The translations under genes and the position numbers were made by a program. From IMG/VR virus record IMGVR_UViG_3300021141_000706: 64,000 nucleotides of DNA. One strand, given 5' to 3'. Within the stretch, counting starts at the first letter, position 1. Each line of letters begins with the position of its first letter. Below the pieces are notes generated by a model. That model was given only the letters and a program-made list of their open reading frames with translations. It had not been told where the DNA came from and ran no database searches. This stretch comes from a virus. This document shows, in pieces, positions 29,572-39,282 of this stretch.

Positions 29572-30036
29572 ATGAAAATGATTAAATTCTTGATGTTGGC
29601 TCTTGTAGCAACAATGTTCTTAACTTCTTGTACTGAGAACTATTCTAATGGTGAACGTATTGGTATGATTACCAAATTCTCACAAAAAGGTCTTGTTTGG
29701 AACTCTTGGGAAGGCTCATTAAACACAACACAAACTGGTATGAATAGTGCCACTCCGTTTGAGTTCTCTGTTGATAATGATGTAAATGATGCTAAAGTTA
29801 TCTCTACTTTAGATTCAGCGGCTACCGAAGGATGGAAAGTTAAAATTAAATATCATGAAACATTCGGTAAGAACTGGCTTTCTAATAGAGGTGAAACTAA
29901 TTACTTTGTTAAAGAAGTAGAAGTTTTAGATAGAGACCCAATGGGTAGCGTATTTGGTAACTCAAATAATACAGGTGGTAAAGTTGTTGACACAATCTAT
30001 GTGGTAATCGTTCCAAAAGAAAAAGTAATTAAATAA
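29572..30036 (+). CDS. lipoprotein
   Basis: Lipobox FLTSC; YSNGERIG..TKFSQKG..WEG. Confidence 0.8.
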   Translation: MKMIKFLMLALVATMFLTSCTENYSNGERIGMITKFSQKGLVWNSWEGSLNTTQTGMNSATPFEFSVDNDVNDAKVISTLDSAATEGWKVKIKYHETFGKNWLSNRGETNYFVKEVEVLDRDPMGSVFGNSNNTGGKVVDTIYVVIVPKEKVIK

Positions 30037-30249
30037 ATGAATATAAGAAAGGGAGATAAGCTTTTATGTACCGAAGATGTGAATAACGTCTTCGGTTGGC
30101 CCTTATTTGAAAAAGGTAAGCAATATGAAGTTCTTTATGTAGATAATGAAAAGGTAAAAACTTATGTCTATATGAACCATAATCTATATGGTAATGAATA
30201 TATGGAACACGAATTACAATGGGTATTAAAAAGATTTAAGAAACAATGA
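30037..30249 (+). CDS. small hypothetical protein
   Basis: IRKGDKLLC...FEKGKQYEV. Confidence 0.65.
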   Translation: MNIRKGDKLLCTEDVNNVFGWPLFEKGKQYEVLYVDNEKVKTYVYMNHNLYGNEYMEHELQWVLKRFKKQ

Positions 30250-30698
30250 TAAACGATAAAGTGATAATGATTGTAGAAAATCTGATACAATCAACTAAAA
30301 ACGCAGAGTTAGAATGGATTGATAAAGGTTCTGTTGATAAAAGAAGTTATCATCGTGAGTATTATGCTATTGCTGAAGATGGTACAAAATACGAGGCAGA
30401 AGTTAAGTACACATTAAGTAATAGTGGTACTTGGGTATTAGAATCTGCTCCTTCTATCTGGGTTAGAAGTGAGAAACTTCCAAATGGTGTTTTCTATATC
30501 TATGGTGGTCAATCCGAATTGAAAGAAATTATTTCCGAATTTAGAAAAGTAATTATGGATAAGTATTGTCAAGATATGAAGCCATCTGAAAAAGTGGTTG
30601 AAGATGCTTTAGATGGTATTGCTAAAGGTATTAGTATATCAACTTATCGTGATAATAAACTAAATAAGATTCTTGGTGTCTTTGGATTAGGTAAATAA
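30246..30698 (+). CDS. hypothetical protein with C-terminal tag
   Basis: YRDNKLNKILG near the C-terminus. Confidence 0.7.
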   Translation: MINDKVIMIVENLIQSTKNAELEWIDKGSVDKRSYHREYYAIAEDGTKYEAEVKYTLSNSGTWVLESAPSIWVRSEKLPNGVFYIYGGQSELKEIISEFRKVIMDKYCQDMKPSEKVVEDALDGIAKGISISTYRDNKLNKILGVFGLGK

Positions 30699-30731
30699 TA
30701 AACTTATTAATTTCCATAGAATATAACGTCT

Positions 30732-31544
30732 ATGGAAATTAATGATATTCATCAAGGTGATTCTTTGGAGTTACTAAAAAAACTACCAGACAACTCTGTT
30801 GACTTGGTAATAACATCACCACCTTACGCTGACTTAAAAGTTTATATAGACAATGGTGGAATCTTAGCCAAAGATTATGTCAATTGGTTTATACCTTATT
30901 GTAAGGAAATAGAAAGAGTTCTTAAACCAACAGGGTCTTTCATCTTAAACATCAATGATAAAGTAGAGAATGGTTTTAGACATCCTTATGTCTTTGACTT
31001 AATATCAGAACTACATAAACAAACAGGTCTAAAAATGTTTGAGAGATTGTTCTGGAATAAATTAAAAAGTCTTCCTAACAGAGCCAGATTTGGTGATAGA
31101 GTAGAATACTTATTTTGGTTCGCTAAAGAAAAAGGATTCAAGTTTAATCTTGATGAAATGAGAACTGAGTATTCTGAGAAGTCTATTAAAAGAATGACTA
31201 AACCTCTAAAGAAAAGATTTGCCAGAACTGAAGGTGATGATAATTTAGAGTATAAAGATTGGGCTCCAAATCCAAAAGGTGCTTTACCGACTACATTAGT
31301 AAACATCTCATCTGAATCAAAACGAATTGCTGATAATCACGTTGCTGTTTTTCCAGTTGATCTTATTGAATACTTTATCAAAGGTGCTACTGATAAAGGT
31401 GATTTAGTTTTAGATATATTTATGGGAACTGGTACAACTGCTGTTGCCGCTAAGAAGTTAGGTAGAAATTGGATGGGATTTGAACTACAACAAGATTATA
31501 TAGATGTTGCGAATATTAGAATAGGTGATGTTGAGAATAACTAA
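30732..31544 (+). CDS. orphan DNA methyltransferase, beta class (likely N4-cytosine)
   Basis: ITSPPY precedes DIFMGTGTT; HVAVFP. Confidence 0.9.
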   Translation: MEINDIHQGDSLELLKKLPDNSVDLVITSPPYADLKVYIDNGGILAKDYVNWFIPYCKEIERVLKPTGSFILNINDKVENGFRHPYVFDLISELHKQTGLKMFERLFWNKLKSLPNRARFGDRVEYLFWFAKEKGFKFNLDEMRTEYSEKSIKRMTKPLKKRFARTEGDDNLEYKDWAPNPKGALPTTLVNISSESKRIADNHVAVFPVDLIEYFIKGATDKGDLVLDIFMGTGTTAVAAKKLGRNWMGFELQQDYIDVANIRIGDVENN

Positions 31545-31797
31545 AAATATGGGTAAGATAATTTCTATGAAGAGAGGTGACTTTCCCATAGATAGTTTTG
31601 TTATTATGCCTGGTGTTACCCATTATAAAAACATATACACAAATGGAAATTATTTATTCTTTAGTCAAGAAGACTATAAACAATCCATAACTATTGAATT
31701 TACTAATGAAGGTGAGTTAGATAGATTTTTTACTATGTTAATGAGAGAGATAAAATTAAATCAGCTAATAAATGTTGAGACGAAAAATACTAAATAG
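31525..31797 (+). CDS. hypothetical protein with C-terminal tag
   Basis: MREIKLNQLIN near the C-terminus; exact start uncertain. Confidence 0.6.
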   Translation: MMLRITKNMGKIISMKRGDFPIDSFVIMPGVTHYKNIYTNGNYLFFSQEDYKQSITIEFTNEGELDRFFTMLMREIKLNQLINVETKNTK

Positions 31798-32002
31798 AAT
31801 AGGTGTTGTGTTTGGTATATTAGCATTCTTAATGATGTTTGTTATACCATTCTTTATCAAGTCTAATGATAAAATGTATGCTGGTATTTACTTTTGTTTC
31901 TTTCTAACTTGTACTTGTGTGGCTAATGTAACATTAGAAAAATCAAATAAACCACCATCTCTTGAAGAAAGAGAAGAAAAAATTAGACAAATTATTAAGT
32001 GA
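31772..32002 (+). CDS. two-helix membrane protein with C-terminal tag
   Basis: Two hydrophobic segments; ends EREEKIRQIIK. Confidence 0.65.
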   Translation: MLRRKILNRIGVVFGILAFLMMFVIPFFIKSNDKMYAGIYFCFFLTCTCVANVTLEKSNKPPSLEEREEKIRQIIK

Positions 32003-32277
32003 AAGTTTATTGTAAAAGAACTTGCTTTGAAAAGAATACAAATGCTTTTCCAGTAAATGGAAAAGAGTATGGTCAAGACTATGTTAAATGGGCTTGGGGT
32101 AAGATATATGAATGTCACGAACCAAAAGATTATGAAAAATCGGCTACTTATTTAATAATAGAGTCTGAAGTAAAAGAATCTTGGTATCCAATAAGTGAGA
32201 AGAATTTTAACAAACATTTTGAAACTTTAGAAGAAAATCGTAATAAGAAAATAGAAAAAATTTTAAAAAATGATTAA
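31999..32277 (+). CDS. hypothetical protein with C-terminal tag
   Basis: Ends NRNKKIEKILKND; GTGA overlap. Confidence 0.65.
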   Translation: MKVYCKRTCFEKNTNAFPVNGKEYGQDYVKWAWGKIYECHEPKDYEKSATYLIIESEVKESWYPISEKNFNKHFETLEENRNKKIEKILKND

Positions 32278-32779
32278 AGAAATACCAAATTATTTAACCG
32301 AACATGAATGTAGCATGTTGATTGGATTAGGAGAGTCTGGTCAATTAGATGCTGGTCGTGTATCTAATCATAAGTTGGCTTATAGAAAAGCCAGAGTTAC
32401 TTGGTTAAAAACACAATCACCTTTAGTTGATAAAATTAAAAGTGATGTTGCTGAATTAACAGGATATCCAGTTGAAAATCAAGAAGATTTTCACTTTGTT
32501 AAATATAACACTGATGGTGAATACAAAGTACACACTGATGGTAAAGATAGACCAAAAACTGCTTTAGTTTATTTAAATGATGGATTTGTTGGTGGTGAAA
32601 CTGAGTTTCCAAAATTAAATACTATCATAAAGCCAGAAATTGGAAAGTTAGTGATATGGGACAATACTTTAGAAGATGGATCAAGTGATCCTAATAGTTT
32701 ACATGCTGGATTGCCTGTAATTGTTGGTACTAAATACATTGGTGTTATTTGGATAAGAGGGGAAAAATATAAAAAATGA
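32270..32779 (+). CDS. 2OG-Fe(II) dioxygenase, prolyl 4-hydroxylase-like
   Basis: Y..HTD, YLND.F.GGETEFP, LHAGLPV..G.K. Confidence 0.9.
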   Translation: MIKEIPNYLTEHECSMLIGLGESGQLDAGRVSNHKLAYRKARVTWLKTQSPLVDKIKSDVAELTGYPVENQEDFHFVKYNTDGEYKVHTDGKDRPKTALVYLNDGFVGGETEFPKLNTIIKPEIGKLVIWDNTLEDGSSDPNSLHAGLPVIVGTKYIGVIWIRGEKYKK

Positions 32780-33519
32780 AATATTTATCAGATACAGAAA
32801 TCCTTAACTGGAACAGAAGATTAGAAAGAAGTGATTACGCAGTTTATCCACTTTCCAATGTTAGATCAGGTCATCCTGACATCATCTTTAGACAAAAAAT
32901 CAATAATGGTTATAGTCCTATGGGTGAACAACTTGTTGAAACAATTGATCCATTTATTCGATATGACTTTACATTCTCAGTAGCTTCTAACAGGAAAGAA
33001 ACATTTCATGACTTATTTGAAAAACTATCAAAAGATCCATTTGGTACTAAATCTATTTATAGAGATCAGAAAAGTGAGAAGATAATGGATATTACTTTTA
33101 ATGATACTGTTATTGAAAGTAAAGAAGTAAATACACACTTAGTTTTTGAAAAAGAGTATATTAGATTTACCATACATTTTGCTGGTAAGTTAGGATCTAT
33201 AATGGCTTATGTTTCTTATTTAGAAGATACTATTAATTTCTTCTCTGAGATTTGGGGTTATAATGAAGATGGTTCAGAAGTTTGTTTATTAAAATATCCA
33301 ATTGGTACAATTGTTTCTTTACCTAAAGATAAGTCTACTGATTATTTAGTTTTAGAATATAAGTATAGAAAATTAGATGATAAGTATTTTATCGATTTTA
33401 TTGCTAGTGAAATGTTAAATAATAAAGGTTCGGTTATAACTTATGGTGAGATTTATACATTTAGAGAATCAGAATTATGTTACAGTCGTAATTCAAGAAT
33501 TGATGATATTTTAAATTAA
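32776..33519 (+). CDS. hypothetical protein with C-terminal SH3-like module and tag
   Basis: LKYPIGTIV...FRESEL..SRNSRIDDILN. Confidence 0.7.
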   Translation: MKYLSDTEILNWNRRLERSDYAVYPLSNVRSGHPDIIFRQKINNGYSPMGEQLVETIDPFIRYDFTFSVASNRKETFHDLFEKLSKDPFGTKSIYRDQKSEKIMDITFNDTVIESKEVNTHLVFEKEYIRFTIHFAGKLGSIMAYVSYLEDTINFFSEIWGYNEDGSEVCLLKYPIGTIVSLPKDKSTDYLVLEYKYRKLDDKYFIDFIASEMLNNKGSVITYGEIYTFRESELCYSRNSRIDDILN

Positions 33520-33527
33520 TAATTGAA

Positions 33528-34493
33528 ATGAAAGATTTAATAATAGTAACCGCCTATTGTAAAACTGAAGAGCAAGAAAGGTGTTTAGAAAAATGTATTG
33601 ATTCAGTAATTAAATCAGATGCTCACGTTGCTCTTATTTCACACTCACATGCTCCAATACATATTCAGAAAAAGTGTCAATATTATTTTTATGATTATCT
33701 AAATGATATTTCAGATGATTACAAACTACTGGGTTTAAAGTATTTCTCATTTAATAATAATGTTAATAATGTGATTCAATCTATATTTTTTGAAAAATAT
33801 TTTTATGGATTTGCCATTTATAGAATGTTTTCAATTGCTAGTCAAATAGCTATAAATTTTGGTTATCAAAATATTCATCATATTGAATATGACTGTGAGC
33901 TTTTAGATGTAAATCTTATAAACGAACACAGTAATTTACTTGAAGAATGTGATTCAGTAATTTATACAAACACTGGTAAAGAAGATGGTTTTCTTTATGG
34001 ATCATTCAAGTCATTTAAAGTTAGCTCACTTCCAGATAATTTCAAAAATTATAATCGTGAATTTATTAAAAATGAAATTTCAAAAATGAATCCAGCCGCT
34101 TTGGAGTTTTTAACAAAAAGAATTTTTATGAATTCCGGAAAAGTTTTATTTAAAAATACAAATGGATTGTATAATAGATTTAAGGGTGGTGAGCATTTTT
34201 ATAATAGAAATCTACACTATACTTTTTATTATAATCCTGATGACGGATCATTAAATTTATTTTATAAAGGTTTTGATTTTGAAGAAAAAATAACTGTTAT
34301 TGTTAATAAACAAAAAGTTATTAATTTGGATGTTAAACCAAATCATTGGTATGTAAGACCATTAGGTACATTTGATGAAATAGATAATGTTAGAATTGAT
34401 AACTCTGTTAAAATTTTATTTGAAAAGAATTTTGACCAAATCGAAAGAGAAATCTATAAAAATAAATCATTTATTTGTGAACAAAATAATTAA
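33528..34493 (+). CDS. hypothetical protein, possibly glycosyltransferase-like
   Basis: IIVTAY...LISH...HHIEYDC; precedes an acyltransferase module. Confidence 0.6.
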   Translation: MKDLIIVTAYCKTEEQERCLEKCIDSVIKSDAHVALISHSHAPIHIQKKCQYYFYDYLNDISDDYKLLGLKYFSFNNNVNNVIQSIFFEKYFYGFAIYRMFSIASQIAINFGYQNIHHIEYDCELLDVNLINEHSNLLEECDSVIYTNTGKEDGFLYGSFKSFKVSSLPDNFKNYNREFIKNEISKMNPAALEFLTKRIFMNSGKVLFKNTNGLYNRFKGGEHFYNRNLHYTFYYNPDDGSLNLFYKGFDFEEKITVIVNKQKVINLDVKPNHWYVRPLGTFDEIDNVRIDNSVKILFEKNFDQIEREIYKNKSFICEQNN

Positions 34494-35304
34494 TTTTACT
34501 CCAACTGGTACACAAACCACAAGAGATAATTCGTATGCTCCTTTGATTCCAAATGAGATAATTGAGTCTGTACATGAGGCTAATGAATTAGGTATATCTA
34601 TAGTTCATTTACACGCAAGAGATGAGATTACATTAGAGAATACTTATAAGAAAGAAGTATATCAAAAGATAATAGAGGGTATAAAAAAATATTGTCCTGA
34701 GTTATTGATTTGTGTTTCTTTAACGGGTAGAAATTTTCCTGAATTAGAGAAAAGATCAGAAGTGTTACAGTTACTACCTGATATGGGTTCACTAACTATG
34801 TCTTCTTTAAATTTTCCATCAGGTGCCTCAGTTAATCAACCTAATATGATTCTATCTTTGATAGATGAAATGAATAAATATGGAGTACAGCCAGAGATAG
34901 AATGTTTTGATACAGGTATGTTGAATTATACTAATTATCTTATATCAAAAGGTAAATTAAATCCACCGTATCACATTAATATAATCTTAGGTAATATATA
35001 CAACGGTCAGTGTGATTTAAGTAATTTATCATCGATTAAGACCAATCTACCATCTAATTCATATACTTGTTTAGGTGGTATAGGCTCTCAACAATTAAAT
35101 AGTAACTTATATGGTTTATTAGATTTTGATGGCGTTAGAATTGGACTTGAGGATAATTTATATCTTAAAGAAAAGAAAAAAACAACAAATAGTGAACTAT
35201 TAAAAAGATTACATAGAATAATGAATGAGTTAGATATAACTCATTATACATCAAAAGAATTAAAACAATTAGGATATGGAAACAAAATTATTAATAATAG
35301 GTAA
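34477..35304 (+). CDS. beta-keto acid cleavage enzyme (BKACE/Kce, DUF849)
   Basis: INFTPTG, VHLHARD, PDMGSL, PEIECFD, GVRIGLED; GTG start at 34477 preferred. Confidence 0.88.
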   Translation: MNKIINFTPTGTQTTRDNSYAPLIPNEIIESVHEANELGISIVHLHARDEITLENTYKKEVYQKIIEGIKKYCPELLICVSLTGRNFPELEKRSEVLQLLPDMGSLTMSSLNFPSGASVNQPNMILSLIDEMNKYGVQPEIECFDTGMLNYTNYLISKGKLNPPYHINIILGNIYNGQCDLSNLSSIKTNLPSNSYTCLGGIGSQQLNSNLYGLLDFDGVRIGLEDNLYLKEKKKTTNSELLKRLHRIMNELDITHYTSKELKQLGYGNKIINNR

Positions 35305-35914
35305 AGGAGATAATATTATAACAATGATATTAGATAATTTATATTCTAATAAGAGTACACCAGAAATTCACATATACAATAATCTAAAACTTCCTATACT
35401 GAACACATTTGAACATGATGAATTTGATATAAAAGTATTAGAGGATTTAGACCTAAATGAATATGATAAAATGACTCTGGGTGTTTATCAACCTCAACAT
35501 AAAATAAAAATAATAGAATCATTAAAGCCTGATGTGAATAAATTTACTAATATTATACATAGTGGTTTAGATATATCTAAAATGAGTAAAATAGGAAGAG
35601 GAGTTTTAATCAATTCAAAAGTATCAATTGCTGCTCATACAACAATTGGTGATTTTGTTTCAATTAATAGACACGTTTCTATAGGACATCATACTATAAT
35701 AGAAGATTATTGCTCTATTAATCCAGGTGTTAATATTGCTGGAAATGTTGTAATAGGCGAAGGCACAACAATTGGAATGGGTACAAACATTCTTCATCAA
35801 GTTAAGATAGGTAAAAATTCAATTATTGGAGCTGGTTCAGTTGTTACAAAAGATATACCTGATAATGTTGTAGCATATGGATCACCGTGTAAAATAATCA
35901 GAAATATTATTTGA
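35276..35914 (+). CDS. sugar O/N-acyltransferase, NeuD/PglD-like hexapeptide-repeat protein
   Basis: Hexapeptide repeats, IGHH, GAGSVVTKDIP...GSPCK. Confidence 0.9.
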   Translation: METKLLIIGKGDNIITMILDNLYSNKSTPEIHIYNNLKLPILNTFEHDEFDIKVLEDLDLNEYDKMTLGVYQPQHKIKIIESLKPDVNKFTNIIHSGLDISKMSKIGRGVLINSKVSIAAHTTIGDFVSINRHVSIGHHTIIEDYCSINPGVNIAGNVVIGEGTTIGMGTNILHQVKIGKNSIIGAGSVVTKDIPDNVVAYGSPCKIIRNII

Positions 35915-35940
35915 CAATTCAAAAAGTTTTACTATCTTTG
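35910..35940 (+). promoter_or_regulatory. Bacteroidota-type promoter driving the tRNA-like RNA
   Basis: TTTG 35910-13; TATCTTTG 35933-40. Confidence 0.75.
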
Positions 35941-35951
35941 TAAAACAAATT

Positions 35952-36031
35952 GCGAGTAGAGTCTAATGCGGCGTGGAAGTCGCGGGCGCCTCTAAAACGT
36001 CTAACACCGGGTTCAAATCCTGCTACTCGCA
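35952..36031 (+). tRNA. atypical tRNA-like RNA with CUA (amber) anticodon
   Basis: Acceptor GCGAGTAG/CTACTCGC; T arm CGGG-TTCAAAT-CCTG; anticodon loop CTCTAAA; D-like hairpin GCGGC/GTCGC; no encoded CCA. Confidence 0.65.
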
Positions 36032-36044
36032 CTAATTTTTTATT

Positions 36045-36221
36045 ATGAAATATATTCTTGTTGCCCTATTATCTATTGCTCTTTTTTCTTGTAAAACACA
36101 AAAGACATCTTGTGATGCTTATTCCGTAAATCAAAGTGATACTACTTTTATCACACCCAATCATTATCATATAGAGTCAGAATATAAATGTGTTTGGTTG
36201 GATACGGCAGTTAGAAAATGA
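36045..36221 (+). CDS. 58-aa lipoprotein (not in ORF track)
   Basis: MKYILVALLSIALFSCKTQKTSCDAYS...; lipobox LFSC; ATGA overlap with the next gene. Confidence 0.7.
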   Translation: MKYILVALLSIALFSCKTQKTSCDAYSVNQSDTTFITPNHYHIESEYKCVWLDTAVRK

Positions 36222-36508
36222 TAGTTCAAACTAAATTTCTTTGTAAAACAGGTAGCAGAACCGCACCGAGAGGTCCACTTGATGGTATTAAATGGCAAGA
36301 TAGATTCATTGAAGATAAGTGGTATGATGGTGAGTATGAAACTTGGTCTTGGGAAGATGGCTATAGAATAAATAGTGGATGGAGAAGATATTGGGTTATA
36401 AATGAACAAGGTGAGAAAGAAGAAATATCAAAACCAATGTTCAGATTACTTTTTGAAACTGATACACAACAATTAAGAGATAGAAAAATAGAAGACTTAA
36501 TAAAATAA
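36218..36508 (+). CDS. hypothetical protein with C-terminal tag
   Basis: Ends LRDRKIEDLIK. Confidence 0.7.
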   Translation: MIVQTKFLCKTGSRTAPRGPLDGIKWQDRFIEDKWYDGEYETWSWEDGYRINSGWRRYWVINEQGEKEEISKPMFRLLFETDTQQLRDRKIEDLIK

Positions 36509-36514
36509 AATAAT

Positions 36515-36916
36515 ATGTACGATAACGAATCAACCAAAGAGAACCAAATTCATGTTTCAAATGAGTTTGTTGATATATTCTCAAACTTCAACGTTGTAAC
36601 ACAAGTTGAAAAAATGAAACAACTTACTAAGCGTGAGTTGTATTTACTTCTAACCGTTTGCTTAGATAAATTCTCTGATGAAGATCCTGTTGTTAAACAC
36701 AACTTACTTCCTTTCAAAGAAGAAATTATGAATATCTTTGATGTTCAAGATGATAAAGATGCTATTGACTCAGTGCTGATTGATTTAATCACTGAATCTG
36801 GTGATAAATACATTGAAACTGATAACATCGTTTATAATGACGACCAAAAGTTACCAGAGCCTTTAACCAAAGACCAAGTTCGTGATGCTAAAATTAATAT
36901 CATCAACGAGAACTAA
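36515..36916 (+). CDS. acidic hypothetical protein with C-terminal tag
   Basis: Ends VRDAKINIINEN. Confidence 0.7.
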   Translation: MYDNESTKENQIHVSNEFVDIFSNFNVVTQVEKMKQLTKRELYLLLTVCLDKFSDEDPVVKHNLLPFKEEIMNIFDVQDDKDAIDSVLIDLITESGDKYIETDNIVYNDDQKLPEPLTKDQVRDAKINIINEN

Positions 36917-36959
36917 TTCTAAATTATTTTTACTATATTTGTAATCTAAATAAAAATTC

Positions 36960-38759
36960 ATGGAAGAAACATTAAATACTGAACAAGAAGTGAAACAACC
37001 TGTAATTGGTGAGTTCAAACCTAAGCGCAAGTTCTTAAACTTTGTATCGGCTGTAAACGGAGCAAGAATTCGTTTCATCCGTGATATCGCATTTGTAAAA
37101 GGCGAGAAACTATCTGGCACCTTAGAAGGTGTCGTTTTCAAAATCACAATCTGTGATGAAGGTACAATTAACTTTGAAGAAGTTGATACTACTGTAACTG
37201 ATGCGGCTCAACGTAAACGTCTTATTGATGATATTGATTCAACTGATGTTACAGGTTACGCTCAGAAATTTGTAGTTGCTGGTATTCAGTTTGCTGATGT
37301 TAATGGTGACCTTTGCTATCTTGAAGTAGAACAAATGAAACCAATTGATAAATTGAAATCTATCTTTGACGATGAAGAAACTCCTTCTTTGTCTAATAAA
37401 GGTATGAGTTTTCTTGATGATTTACTAAGTGGTTCTAATGAAGTTGAAACATTAGAATTGTCTGAAAAAGATGCTGAGATTTTTGTTGAAGCTATTGAAA
37501 ATCCACCATCACCAAATGAAAAATTAATCAAAGCTTCTGAGTCTTATTTGGAACAACAATTCCGTAAGATGAATGAAGATAAAATTAATGAGTTAAAAAA
37601 CCGCATTGAGGATGCTGAGAAAGAGTCTGCTCGTTTAAGAAGAGAGATCTCTATGAATGAAACTAAGTTGAAGAAACAAACAGAAGATTTAGGTGTATTA
37701 GAAACTCGTTTAGATAGTTTCAATGCTAATGATGAATCTACGGGTTATGTATTCTTCGTTTCGGAAGAACAAAAGCCAGAAGAAATTGGATTAACAGAAG
37801 ATAACAGAGCAATGGCTGATAAGATTGCGGATATCGTTGGTCTTAAAAAAGATGTTCTTTTCAAAATGTTAACAGAAGGTCACTACAAAATTCGTATTGC
37901 TGAGAAATCAGATATGACTGCTGAGAAAGTAAAAGTTACTAATGATATCTTAGAAAAGATGAAGGCTTTGGTTAATGGTGATAGTTCACTTGAAGCTAAA
38001 GTAACTATGACTGAACCAGGTCAGTTTGAGTATCGTGGTAGTATGACTTGGCATCAAATTGTTGGTAAGATGATTCGTAAAGGATTTGAACAAGAGCCAG
38101 AGTTTGATAAGATTTGTCAATCTAACTCTTACGATTCTAAAGAAGAGGTTAAAGATGAAATGTCTGATATGAAATCAGACATTCAAAAAATGGCTGATGG
38201 TTTAGGTCTTGGTAAAGTTGATTTTGGTAAAGACGGAATTTCAGTAGAAGGTGAGACAAAAACACCTTCAATTGAGATTAAATCAAAAACTGTAAGAACA
38301 TACAAAGAAGAAACTACATTAGTAGTTGTAGGTACAATCGACCACGAGGATAACCGTGATGTTGAAATCACTGACGACTATACCGGATTTGAAGTTTATG
38401 TTGGTAATAAAAAGATGAAGGGTGGTTATGAGTCCGATGGATTTATTTCAATTATGACTTTAACAGAGTTTGCTAAATGGCAAAAACAATACCCAGATGC
38501 TATGACTGATGGTGGTGGTATAGGTTCATTCTTATTACCTAACTTCAAAGGAACTATTGGAGTAACTGCTATGTATGATGTAGGTGAATTCACAAATGAA
38601 TTTGATTTGGATGATTACATTCTACACCAAGATGGAATGGAAGATGCTTATGTGTCCTTGACTCTACCAGAAGGAACTCAAATTATGAAGATGGATGATT
38701 ATCATCAAGTTCCAGTTGCCGCAATGAGAGATATTAAAATCAATAAAATAATTAAGTAA
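36960..38759 (+). CDS. large multidomain protein with DUF1778 (TacA antitoxin)-like segment, coiled coil and C-terminal tag
   Basis: LELSEKDAEIFVEAIENPPSPNEKLIKA; ends MRDIKINKIIK; TATATTTG at 36934-41. Confidence 0.75.
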   Translation: MEETLNTEQEVKQPVIGEFKPKRKFLNFVSAVNGARIRFIRDIAFVKGEKLSGTLEGVVFKITICDEGTINFEEVDTTVTDAAQRKRLIDDIDSTDVTGYAQKFVVAGIQFADVNGDLCYLEVEQMKPIDKLKSIFDDEETPSLSNKGMSFLDDLLSGSNEVETLELSEKDAEIFVEAIENPPSPNEKLIKASESYLEQQFRKMNEDKINELKNRIEDAEKESARLRREISMNETKLKKQTEDLGVLETRLDSFNANDESTGYVFFVSEEQKPEEIGLTEDNRAMADKIADIVGLKKDVLFKMLTEGHYKIRIAEKSDMTAEKVKVTNDILEKMKALVNGDSSLEAKVTMTEPGQFEYRGSMTWHQIVGKMIRKGFEQEPEFDKICQSNSYDSKEEVKDEMSDMKSDIQKMADGLGLGKVDFGKDGISVEGETKTPSIEIKSKTVRTYKEETTLVVVGTIDHEDNRDVEITDDYTGFEVYVGNKKMKGGYESDGFISIMTLTEFAKWQKQYPDAMTDGGGIGSFLLPNFKGTIGVTAMYDVGEFTNEFDLDDYILHQDGMEDAYVSLTLPEGTQIMKMDDYHQVPVAAMRDIKINKIIK

Positions 38760-39229
38760 TGACTAATATAAAGAAATTAAAGTACAAGTATTTACGTCTA
38801 AGAGTTAAATGGCGTAATTTTAGAAATTCGATCGATGATAAAATGGTCGCTGAGAAATCTAAACTAACCCCATATGAAGAAAAAGCCATTAGACTTTGGA
38901 AGATTCTTCTAAGAGACGAAGACACTAAAATGTCGTATAATACTTACGGTGTTCGTCAAATTGAAAAGAATAATGTATTTATGACTTTTCAATCTGGCGG
39001 TAATAACGATTATATAATGACACTTATTGACATCACTGATGAAAGAAGAAGTTTATATGAGTTACATATTCCACTTAAACACGCTGATGTTGTATCAGAT
39101 CACTTTGACTATGAGTTAGAGAAAAGAATGAAAAGAGCTGAGACTAATAAAAGAGCAATTATTGAAACAGATATTGATAAGTTATTAGAACAAGAAGAGA
39201 AAATTCTTTTAAGTAGAATAAAGAAATAA
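38759..39229 (+). CDS. hypothetical protein
   Basis: TAATG overlap with the previous gene. Confidence 0.7.
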   Translation: MTNIKKLKYKYLRLRVKWRNFRNSIDDKMVAEKSKLTPYEEKAIRLWKILLRDEDTKMSYNTYGVRQIEKNNVFMTFQSGGNNDYIMTLIDITDERRSLYELHIPLKHADVVSDHFDYELEKRMKRAETNKRAIIETDIDKLLEQEEKILLSRIKK

Positions 39230-39260
39230 TTTGCCAATTAAAAATAAATACATATCTTTG
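39230..39260 (+). promoter_or_regulatory. Bacteroidota-type promoter
   Basis: TTTG 39230-33; TATCTTTG 39253-60. Confidence 0.75.
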
Positions 39261-39282
39261 TAAAAAGAAATAAATAATAACT

